From: Octopus sinensis | Taxonomy: Eukaryota | Reading direction: 5' to 3' | DNA: 64,000 nt | Assembly (NCBI RefSeq): GCF_006345805.1 | Contig: NC_043005.1 | Location: 17,918,001-17,982,000 of the forward strand | Shown here: piece by piece, positions 53,931 to 64,000 of the stretch | Numbering within the stretch: position 1 is the first letter of the stretch | Layout: every line of letters starts with the position of its first letter | Position numbers and translations under genes: made by a program | The notes under the pieces: model-generated | The model's database searches: none | What the model saw: only the letters and a program-made list of their open reading frames with translations | Told to the model about the DNA's origin: nothing

Positions 53931-54659
53931 AGTGGGAAGAGAGATTGGAAGAGGGTGATTGATAGATAGATAGATAGATAGTTAGATAGAAAGAGAGAGG
54001 GAGAGAGAAAGAGAAAGAGAGGGAGAGAGAAGCAAGTAATTTAAATTGATGGACTATTAACTTCTGCTTATGTATCTCTACACATACATAGAAGGCGTCC
54101 ATTTTGAACGAAGCTGGCATCAAAAGAGCGAATTTTAGATGACTTTGCCAGAGATATATAAAAATATTGACGTAACGCGCGACTAAATTCACAGATACGC
54201 ACATACAAACATACACACATACATGAACATACACATATACATACATACATATATACACACACACATACATACATATATATATATATATACCTTTATATAT
54301 GTATGTATGAATATATTAATTGTATCCATCTATCTGCATATATAATATATAATTATATATATATATATATATATAATTTCAACAATTGATGAGGTTAAAG
54401 TTAATTAATAATCAATTTCACCAAGTATTCAGTATGCAAAGGGACCATTAAGGCGAATTCAAATTATTACATTATATAAAAGGGCTTGTAAAATAAATTA
54501 CTTTGCCGCATACTGAACTCATTAGAAATAGCAGCTAAAAAAACTTTTTTAAAACTATTTCTAATACTTAAAGAAAACTCTCTCATATAGTGTTTGCTCA
54601 ATTCAACTCACGAAAGTATGGGGGTGAGAGACATTAAAAAATCAAATGCAAAGGTTATT

Positions 54660-54712
54660 TGAGAACGTACGTTTCAAGATTAGTCAAACTCGACATTTCT
54701 ATCATCAGCTCA
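54660..54712 (-). ncRNA. Type I hammerhead ribozyme fold (unit 1)
   Basis: tgag-CTGATGA-t.aga.aat.gtc(gagttt)gac.taa.tct.t-GAAA-cgtacg-TT/ctca. Stem III is the palindrome AACGTACGTT. Confidence 0.72.
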
Positions 54713-55215
54713 GAACTTCCTGGTTTGGATTTGAAAAACACTGAAAGTGGGAGCATACCCTTTCGGCTTCTTATCGCTTCTGAAGATCTGCTCGAACTAA
54801 CAGTGCCAACAAACTCAAAAATGCAAGCGAAGAATTTCTGCTCTCCCCTTTCCACCAGCGTGGGTTAAAATCAGTAAACACTATGCTTTTTTCGGTAAAA
54901 TCCGAGGCATTATATAGAGAGAGATGAATTATAATTTCAACAATTGAGGGTAAAGTTAATTAATTAATCAATTTCACCAAGTATTCAGTATGCAAAGGGA
55001 CCATTTAAGGCGAATTCAAATTATTACATTATATAAAAGGGCTTGGTAAAATAAATTACTTTGCCGCATACTGAACTCATTAGAAATAGCAGCTAAAAAA
55101 ACTTTTTTAAAACTATTTCTAATACTTAAAGAAAACCTCTCTCATATAGTGTTTGCTCATTCAACTCACGAAAGTATGGGGGTAGAGACATTAAAAAATC
55201 AAATGCAAAGGTATT

Positions 55216-55268
55216 TGAGAACGTACGTTTCAAGATTAGTCAAACTCGACATTTCTATCATCAGCTCA
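55216..55268 (-). ncRNA. Type I hammerhead ribozyme fold (unit 2)
   Basis: Same sequence as unit 1, 556 nt away. Confidence 0.72.
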
Positions 55269-56004
55269 GAACTCCCTGGTTTGGATTTGAAAACACTGAA
55301 AGTGGGAGCATACCCTTTCGGCTTCTTATCGCTTCTGAAGATCTGCTCGAAACTAACAGTGCCAACAAACTCAAAAATGCAAGCGAAGAATTTCTGCTCT
55401 CCCCTTTCCACCAGCGTGGGTTAAAATCAGTAAACACTATGCTTTTTTCGGTAAAATCCGAGGCATTATATAGAGAGAGATGAATTATAATTTCAACAAT
55501 TGAGGGTAAAGTTAATTAATTTTTTAATGTCTCTACCCCCATACTTTCGTGAGTTGAATTGAGCAAACACTATATGAGAGAGGTTTTCTTTAAGTATTAG
55601 AAATAGTTTTAAAAAAGTTTTTTTAGCTGCTATTTCTAATGAGTTCAGTATGCGGCAAAGTAATTTATTTTACCAAGCCCTTTTATATAATGTAATAATT
55701 TGAATTCGCCTTAAATGGTCCCTTTGCATACTGAATACTTGGTGAAATTGATTAATTAATTAACTTTACCCTCAATTGTTGAAATTATAATTCATCTCTC
55801 TCTATTAATGCCTCGGATTTTACCGAAAAAAGCATAGTGTTTACTGATTTTAACCCACGCTGGTGGAAAGGGGGAGCAGAAATTCTTCGCTTGCATTTTT
55901 GAGTTTGTTGGCACTGTTAGTTTCGAGCAGATCTTCAGAAGCGATAAGAAGCCGAAATGGTATGCTCCCACTTTCAGTGTTTTCAAATCCAAACCAGGGA
56001 GTTC

Positions 56005-56056
56005 TGAGCTGATGATAGAAATGTCGAGTTTGACAATCTTGAAACGTACGTTCTCA
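56005..56056 (+). ncRNA. Type I hammerhead ribozyme fold (inverted unit)
   Basis: tgagCTGATGAtagaaatgtcgagtttgacaatcttGAAAcgtacgTT/ctca. Confidence 0.7.
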
Positions 56057-56248
56057 AATAACCTTTGCATTTGATTTTAATGTCTCTACCCCCATACTTT
56101 CGTGAGTTGAATTGAGCAAACACTATATGAGAGAGGTTTTCTTTAAGTATTAGAAATAGTTTAAAAAAGTTTTTTTAGCTGCTATTTCTAATGAGTTCAG
56201 TATGCGGCAAAGTAATTTATTTTACCAAGCCCTTTTATATAATATATA

Positions 56249-56302
<54 letters not shown>

Positions 56303-56311
56303 TAATATATA

Positions 56312-56398
<87 letters not shown>

Positions 56399-56437
56399 CT
56401 ATACATATACATATACATATACATATATATATACTAT

Positions 56438-56511
<74 letters not shown>

Positions 56512-56724
56512 ATCGTGTGTGCGTGTCAAGACGGATTCTTATTTGTAGTCGCCAAATAAATAAGTCTACCTCCCTCCATAAATATCAAAGCTTATCCATC
56601 ATGAACATCATGAGATTTTGTTACAGCTCATTACCTACAGTTACACAAATAAACTTTATATCAATCGAAAATACCTGGACCATTTCTAATCACAAAATAC
56701 ATTAATTGTAATTTCAACATATCC

Positions 56725-57620
56725 AGGGATGGCTCTGTGGTTCAAAACATTAACTTTGCAACCAGGTGGTAACAGGTTCAATCTCACAGCGAGGCACCTT
56801 GCGCAAGTGTCTTCTACAATAGCTCCGGGCAGACATTTGATTTGTGAATGAACTTGGGGAAACTGTGAGGAAGCCCGTTGTGTGTGTGTATGTGTGTGTG
56901 TGTACGTGTGTGTGTCATTGAGTGTGAGCATGTGTATCTTTGTGTGTATGTCTTTGTGTTTGTACTTATCTCCTACCATCGCCTGGCAACAGGTGTTCGT
57001 TTGTTTACGTCTCAGTAACCTATCGGTTCAGCAAAAATGTCCGATAAAATAAGTATCAGACTTAAAAGGATGCCCCAGCATAGCCGCTGACTATTGGCTG
57101 AAACAAATAAAAGATAAATGAGAAACTTGTTCTCTAGTTTGACCCAGATTCCCTGCCTTGAATATTTTATTTAAAACACAAAATTACATAGGTTTAATTG
57201 AGAATATCTTGTTAGCATATCATTTCCTTCTGAGTTCAAATTCCGCTGACGCCGACTTTGTCTTTCATCCTTTCCGGATCGATTAAATAAGTATCAGTTA
57301 CATACTGGGGTCCATGTAATCGACTTAATTCCTTTGTCTCTCCTTATTTGTCCCATCTGTGTTTAGCCCTCTGTGGGCAACAAAGAAATGATATCGTTTC
57401 CTGGATATAAGGCTACGAGCTGGCAAAACCGTTAGTACGCCAAGCAAAATGCTTAGCGGCGTTTCATCCGTCTTTACTTTTTGAGATCAAATTCCGCCGG
57501 GGTCGACTTAGCCTTTTATTCTTTCGGAGACGAGAAATTAAGTACCATTTGAGTACCGAGGCTGATGTAATCGACTTAACCCTCCTCCAAAATTGCTGGC
57601 CTTGTGACAAAATTTGAAAC
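56725..57620 (+). mobile_element. Older SINE-B (56725-57120) followed by two SINE-A copies (57225-57390 and 57413-57620)
   Basis: Diverged matches to both consensus sequences. Confidence 0.75.
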
Positions 57621-57842
57621 GAATATATCGTTTCCCGGATTTGACTCTAAAACCAGATTAAAACTTTTAATGTGGTTTTAGAATCAAGTTTTGGCTGCTA
57701 TTTCAAGTGTGGATGTATCTCTTAGATACCCTAAATTATAATTTTAATAATAATTATTACCTTTGAAGGTTTTTATTCCCATGCTGGCCACTTGGTAAGT
57801 TCGATATTTAAATAACAATCTTATCCTTATTTATATAAAATT

Positions 57843-57890
<48 letters not shown>

Positions 57891-57945
57891 GTTTATATGT
57901 ATATGTAATATATATATATATTATATATATATATATTATATATAT

Positions 57946-57994
<49 letters not shown>

Positions 57995-57998
<4 letters not shown>

Positions 57999-58139
57999 AG
58001 AATTCACAAAAAAACAACAACAAAAGACGAAGATAGGTGGTGTAGACAACAAACAAATGTATTAGTGTAAAGCTCAAGAAGCGAAGAAGTCTTTAACGTT
58101 TCGAGCCTATGTTCTTCCACAGAAAGGAACACAGAAGGA
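57995..58139 (-). mobile_element. Penelope-like pseudo-LTR end with a variant minimal HHR (58091-58126)
   Basis: Homologous to 62895-63030. Minus strand cttt-CTGTGGA-agaacataggctc-GAAAC-GTT/aaag, ending gaattctccc(TA)n. Confidence 0.7.
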
Positions 58140-58368
58140 GTTCAAACCCCGCCGTGGTCCACTTTGCCTTTCATCCTTCCGGGGTTGATAAATTAAGTGC
58201 CAGTTGCGTACTGGAGTCGATCTAATCGACTGGTCCCCACCCCCAAAATTTCGGGCCTTGTACCTAGAGTAGAAATGAATGCAGTCAGTATTACGATCCC
58301 GCCACGTAAAGAACATAAACCTTGGTATTCAGAATTTGCCCAGATTATACAGGGAATGGAAGCTGGAT
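58140..58368 (+). repeat. Left arm of an inverted duplication (SINE-A 3' part plus ~90 bp non-SINE extension)
   Basis: Reverse complement of 59645-59878. Confidence 0.85.
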
Positions 58369-58630
58369 ATATAGATGTTTGTGCGTGTGTTTGTAGAGAT
58401 ATGATATCTCTCTCTCTCTCTCTCTCTCTCTAATATGATATATATACACACGCGTGCACGCGTTTGTATGTGTATGTGTGTGTGCACGCGCGCGCATGTA
58501 ATTCACATAGGAACAAAGTCATAGCAACAATTATCTGTTGAGTCGCTGTCCATTTTTAGTAAATATCTCGCTTATATGATCTAAATTTGTACTACATAGG
58601 TTCTGCTCCACCTCTCTTTCTCTCACTCCG

Positions 58631-58764
<134 letters not shown>

Positions 58765-59461
58765 TTTATATATATATATATACATATATATACATGTACA
58801 TACATAGACATTTATATAAATTGTGAAATCACGTTAAGTGCATTACATAGCGTCGTTGAGCAATGCGACTTGCAAGAGGTTAGATTTTCCATTTTGTTTT
58901 CGGTCCCCATAGTAATTATCCATTTCGATGAAATTGTATCCTCCAGGCAAATTTATATTCAATAAAATTTTTGATTCAATCAAGCTTGGGTATTTGTTAA
59001 ATGAGATGCGTAGAAGACATCCTTGAAATAATAAATGGCATGAAATTATTTCGAAATTGTTGTTTGATGCATAAAATATAAGTAGAATGTCGAGAAGGAG
59101 AGGAGAACAGTATTTTTTTGTTTCTTTTTGTAATTTATTGACCGGACAGGAATATCAAGCTTCTCTCAAAAAATTCAAACAATGCATAGATAAGTATTGA
59201 TTTTGCGCGTGCAAAAGGTGCAGAAAGGTGGGAGAACAGGTATTGCGTTGTTGTGTTGCTTAACTGCAAGACTCTTCTGACATTGCTTAAACTTATGGGT
59301 ACGTCCCAGCTGTGACTACCTCGCCAAGTATCGTAATAATATATAGCATTTTATTATTAAAATGGTAGAATGTGTTCACATTTTACTGATAATTCTAACA
59401 CATCGTGCGAGTGAAAACACAGACACTCGTCATTCTCTCGTTATTCTTGGTGTTTATCCAG

Positions 59462-59645
59462 CTTGGAATGGTCAGTGGCAAGAGAGGAAGAGGCCGACCA
59501 AGAACCCGCTGGCCTGACACCATCAAGAGTGATACAGGAATGGACATAGCCAATCTGAAAGAAGCGGCCCAGGATAGAACTGACTGGAGGACACTGATCC
59601 AACGAGTGACCGAGAGTCGACTTCGACTGAGTGGATAGAGAGAGA
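59462..59645 (+). mobile_element. RTE-clade LINE extreme 3' end
   Basis: LGMVSGKRGRGRPRTRWPDTIK..AQDRTDWRTLIQRVTESRLRLSG*, with hairpin gagtcgacttcgactg and a short (AG)n tail. Confidence 0.85.
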
Positions 59646-59933
59646 TCCAGCTTCCATTCCCTGTATAATCGGGGCTAATTCTGAATACCAAGGTTTATGT
59701 TCTTTACGTGGCGGGATCGTAATACTGACTGCATTCGTTTCTACTCTAGGTACAAGGCCCGATATTTTGGGGGAGGGGGGGCTAGTCGTTTAGATCGACC
59801 CCAGTACGCAACTGGTACTTAATTTATCGACCCCGAAAGGATGAAAGGCAAAGTGGATCACGGCAAAATTTGAACTCAGAACGAAAAGACAGACGAAATA
59901 CCGCTAAGCATCTCGCCCGGAGTGCTAACGTTT
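59645..59933 (-). repeat. Right arm of the inverted duplication (SINE-A plus the same extension)
   Basis: Shares the diagnostic ccgtg.tccactttgcc variant and the non-SINE extension with 58140-58368. Confidence 0.85.
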
Positions 59934-60425
59934 CTCATTTCTTTACTGCCCACAAGGGGCTACACACAGAGAGGACAAACAAGGACATACAAAGGGATTA
60001 AGTCGATTACATCGACTCCAGTGCGTAACTGGTACTTAATTTATCGACCCCAAGAAGATGAAAGGCAAAGTCGACCTCGGCTGAATTTGAACTCAGAACG
60101 TAACGGCAGACGAAATACCTATTTCTTTACTACCCACAAGGGGCTAAACGCAGAAAGGACAAGCATGGACAGACAAACAGATTAAGTCGAATATATCGAC
60201 CCCAGTGCGTAACTGGTACTTATAAACACAGAGGGGAGAAACAAGGACAAACAAACGGATTAAGTCGATTAATCGACCCCAGTGCGTAACTGGTACTTAA
60301 TTTATCGACCCCGAAAGGATGAAAGGCAAAGTCGATCTCGGCGGAATTTGAACTCAGAACATAGCGGCAGACGAAATACCGCTAAGCATTTCTCCCGGCG
60401 TGCTAACGTTTCTGCCAGCTCACCA
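59934..60425 (-). mobile_element. SINE-A multimer
   Basis: Head at 60425 followed by repeated core and alpha-tail units with the aaagaaata|ggtatttcgtc junction. Confidence 0.88.
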
Positions 60426-62083
60426 CCTTTAATACTGACTTCAGTAATGCAAGGCGAATTCAATGCTCGTTAGGCACATTAAAAGGACATGAATGCAATA
60501 ACCTAATAGTACTTATTGCCAGACAAGCCGCTAAAGAAGCGTATAAGTGATCAAATGCCCGACCTGCTAAAAATTGCACCAAAGAACGGCATGAACAGCA
60601 CAACATCCATGTTTAGGACTCATAGAAAGACTCATGTTTACTATTTGTAAACATGAGGGTTTTGTACCCAGTAAAAGGGCAATCTATATTTGATTTCTCC
60701 ATCTGAAGAAGGTTAAATTTCGAAAATATAAGATAAGGTTAATAAGAATTGTCTGAAGGTGCAGGGTATAACAAATTCAGCCGAACATTTGGCCGATGTC
60801 ATACTGTCAGGGGCTCTGTTTTGTGCATTAACCCGAGGTACTTAACGCTTAGATATTCTAGCATGTCTATATGTAAACAGAGAGCACAAGGCGTGGGTAT
60901 CTCTGATGTTTCTAGGAATGGCAGCTCTAGTATTAACGAAGCGTAAGTTATCTCGTAGATCTTAGTCCAACTTACGTAACTATATAAGGTGGTGCTGAAC
61001 GCTGGTGCTCAACCATTCTTATTTGTCCTAGAAGAATCCTTCATTGGCACCTTAAGAATTCAATGGAGTGCGCTGAAAATGCTGGCCATTTTATTCTCAG
61101 TTGAAACTCAATATTACCTGTAAGCATTTTACTGATTCTTAATTGAATGGGACAAAAGTTAAATAGACTTAGAAGGAAATGAACTATAAGCTCGGAATTC
61201 AGCACTCCAGAATAAAATTCTTATGGTCTAGTTATCAGTTACAAGGAAACCTTTATGCAGTCACTCCACTAATTAGAAGTAGCAGCTGAAATCTCTTCAA
61301 AATAACGACTTACTGTTTGAAAAAAGAATGCTACATTAGGCAATGTTGCCCCAGATACACTAAAGACAGAACGCATTTGAGAATAGGTGAACTCATTCGT
61401 GGCTGATCTAAAGCTAAGCCAACTCAATAGTAAATAGGGTTCGCCATCCACGCCGCTCAAAAGTCGATGGATCGAACTTATTGATTATTTTTCTTTCATA
61501 GTGCAAATGTTCAAGAACATTTTAGGGGTTAGAAATGAAATGTTATGACGTTCATGGGTTTCTGAGGAATATTTGAAAAGCGGACAGATGATAATATTGA
61601 TATTCGAGTGGCGACCTGGCAGAATCGTTAGCATGTCGGGTAAAATACTTAGCGATATTTCGTCCGTCATTGCATTCTAGTTTCAAATTCCGCGAGGTTG
61701 AATTTGTCTTTTATCTTTTCAAGATCGATAAAATAAGTGCCAGTTGTATATCTTTATTATTATAACTGTAACACACTCCTTAATTCTGTAAAACAAATCT
61801 GTTTTTTCATATTTTCTCTTTCCGTATATATCCAACCACATGTGTTCCTCCACTAAAATATCTTCTACCTTACACACACACACACACGCATATCTATATA
61901 TATTTTTACGAAACATATAAAGCGCACAGAAGTGCTCAAGTCGAACCTGAAACGTTAGATAAATGAAATGGAAAAAGTCAAGCAAACTACAATAAACACA
62001 TTTACAGTTTAGTTAAGATAAAAATTGTCCAAAATAAAACATATTGATATATTAAAAATACATATAAAAATATATGAATATTA

Positions 62084-62478
62084 GGCGTAGGAGTGGCTCT
62101 GTAGTAAGTAGCTTGCTTACGAACCACATGGTTCCGAGTTCAGTCCCACTGCGTGGCACCTTGGGCAAGTGTCTTCTACTATAGCCTCGGGCCGACCAAA
62201 GCCTTGTGAGCGGATTTGGTAGACGGAAACTGAAAGACGCCCGTCGTATATATGTATATATATATATATGTGTATGTTTGTGTGTTGTGTTTGTCCTCCC
62301 CCAACATCGCTTGACAACCGATGCTGGTCCCTGAAACTTAGCGGTTCGGCAAAAGAGACCGATAGAATAAGTACCAGGCTTACAAAGAATAAGTCCTGGG
62401 GTTGATTTCCTCGACTAAAGGCGGTGCTCCAGCATGACCACAGTCAGATGACTGAAACAAGTAAAAGAGTAAAAGAGT
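62084..62478 (+). mobile_element. SINE-B full-length copy
   Basis: Match to the SINE-B consensus. Confidence 0.92.
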
Positions 62479-62661
62479 ATTAGAAATATATATGGACATA
62501 TAAATGTATGAATATATAAACATAGTAATAATGTAATGAAATATAGGCTTATAGATGAAAAGGTTTTTTATATATTAGTAATATATACATTATATATATT
62601 AGTAATAATAATATAGTAATAATATAATGAAATATAGGATTAGAGATGAAAAGTTTTTTTA

Positions 62662-62719
<58 letters not shown>

Positions 62720-62894
62720 GTATAAGTGAGATTACAAAAATAGCACCTGCAATTACTAGAAATGAGAGCTAAAATCTAACTTGAACAGCCACACAGAAAA
62801 TATCTTTCTTTGGCGAAATGAACTCACAGAATATATTATTGTATTCTACAGACAGACAGACAAACAAACAGACAGACACACACACACACACACA

Positions 62895-63500
62895 CATATA
62901 GGGAGAATTCATAAAAATGCAAAAGACGAAGACAGGTTGTGTAGACAACAGATGTATTAGTATAAGGGTCGGCAAGTGAAAAAGTCTTTAATGTTTCGAG
63001 ACTACGCTTTTCCACAGAATGTATAAAGGGGTGTGTATAAAAGAGAACGAGAGTAAGAGTGAAAAGAAGTAGGAGTCGGGGCAAGAGAGGAGAGGTGGGT
63101 GGGAGGAAGTAGATGTGAGAAGGAGTAGGGAGTGAGAGGAGAGAAGAAGGGCTAGATGAAAAGGGGAGGGGAGTTGAGCCCATGGGTGCAAAGGAGTGAA
63201 GAGAGAAGATTAATCCCTGTTTACGGCGAACACGGGAGTCTGGATGGCCCCTGTGCAAGGACAATCCGAACATAGTCAGGTGTCACAAAGAGTGACTGGT
63301 AGAGCGGAAATGGCGCGCGACGGGGGTCAGATGTCTCGGGGGTGTTCCACGAACCGGTCAGCCAAGCGGCGTCCCGTTTGCCCAATATATAAAGAAGGGC
63401 AGAGACAGCAGGAGTTGCAGTAGATGACATTGGTAGAAGTGCAGGTAAAGGAGTCGGTGATATGAAGGGGTCGATGATGGGTGACGGCGAGGATATGCAT
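62895..63500 (-). mobile_element. Penelope-like element 3' end: GIY-YIG endonuclease remnant plus pseudo-LTR with variant HHR (62986-63021)
   Basis: FTCTSTNVIYCNSCCLCPSLYIGQTGRRLADRFVEH..ARHF..HS..GLIFSLHSFAPMG. Downstream catt-CTGTGGA-aaagcgtagtctc-GAAAC-ATT/aaag. Confidence 0.85.
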
Positions 63501-63530
63501 ATTTACATATAGAGATACACCCCAATCTAT

Positions 63531-64000
63531 GGTAGATGAACAGGGGCGCTTATTGTTCGAGCCAAGTAAAATGTGTGAGGCCTTTCAACAGCATTTTGCT
63601 CGACTGTTCGGGACGAGTGGCGGGCGAGAACGCAGGATGGACTTCAGTGCCTAACTACACAGCCTGCCACGACTCTCGACAAGAGAGGCAGGGCACTGCA
63701 AAGTGCCATCACGGCGGCGGAAGTGCGAGGCGCGATGGAAGAATGCACGAGGGAAAAATCGCCGGGTTTGGATGGTCTACCCTACGAGCTTTACAGTTGT
63801 GTGTCAGACTTGTTTGGACACGTCTTGGTAGCGGTGTACTGCAACTGGCAGCAAAACGGGAGCATCCCCTGTTTTGTGAGCCGAGGAGACGTAACACTGT
63901 TGAGGAAAGATCCAAACAAGGGGGACGTAATAAATAACTTTAGGCCCATCACTCTGCTTAATGCAGACTTGAAAATTTTGGCCAAGGTGTCAGCCAAGAG
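63531..64000 (+). mobile_element. Tx1/L1-like LINE RT N-terminal region, 5'-truncated, runs off the window
   Basis: EKSPGLDGLPYELY..GDVTLLRKDPNKG..NFRPITLLNADLKILAK, with a stop and a frameshift upstream. Confidence 0.9.

Larger units (their letters stand above)
54372..56242 (-). mobile_element. Non-coding tandem element, ~557-bp unit: two direct units plus an inverted segment, each full unit with a hammerhead ribozyme (retrozyme/mini-PLE-like)
   Basis: Unit starts tataatttcaac at 54372, 54930 and 55486; inversion junction at ~55520; inverted copy runs to ~56242. HHRs at 54660-54712(-), 55216-55268(-) and 56005-56056(+). (TA)n on both sides. Confidence 0.8.

Noticed and set aside
55149-56070. 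82-92 aa ORFs within the 557-bp array
   Set aside because: Frames differ between near-identical copies, there is no domain similarity, and they overlap the ribozyme.
58840-59020. Minus-strand 58-codon open frame GCLLRISFNKYPSL..
   Set aside because: No recognisable homology and it cannot be phase-linked to the supported exons.
60700-60740. CTGAAGAAGG..TTCGAAA hammerhead-like string
   Set aside because: Stems I and III do not pair; degenerate at best.
61314-61359. 46-nt minus-strand exon candidate VSGATLPNVAFFFQT with a gtaagt donor
   Set aside because: Plausible splice signals but no connecting exon found; insufficient support to call.

Overview
AT-rich, microsatellite-saturated eukaryotic DNA. 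From its SINE families and repeat landscape it is most likely an octopus (coleoid cephalopod) genome; this is inferred, not verified. Most ORFs in the supplied track are microsatellite translations. Supported content: (1) Three or four small minus-strand exons of a large-intron gene. They splice in phase into a hydrophobic segment plus an acidic tail with GYQRL and EKESLL sorting-type motifs. (2) Decayed retroelements: several Penelope-like elements (PLEs), Tx1/L1-like, RTE and R4/Dong-like LINE pieces. (3) Three abundant tRNA-derived SINE families, three non-autonomous Helitrons and a mariner-type MITE. The most notable unannotated signal is a set of type I hammerhead ribozyme (HHR) folds in at least five unrelated repeat families. 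Two of these are non-coding arrays of 0.46-0.56 kb tandem units (8.6-9.8 kb and 54.4-56.2 kb), each with an inverted segment at the 5' end of the ribozyme-sense strand. They look like retrozyme or mini-Penelope elements. Several HHRs carry non-canonical cores (CCGACGA, CUGUGGA, G17). All family names and fold assignments were made by eye; no searches were run.
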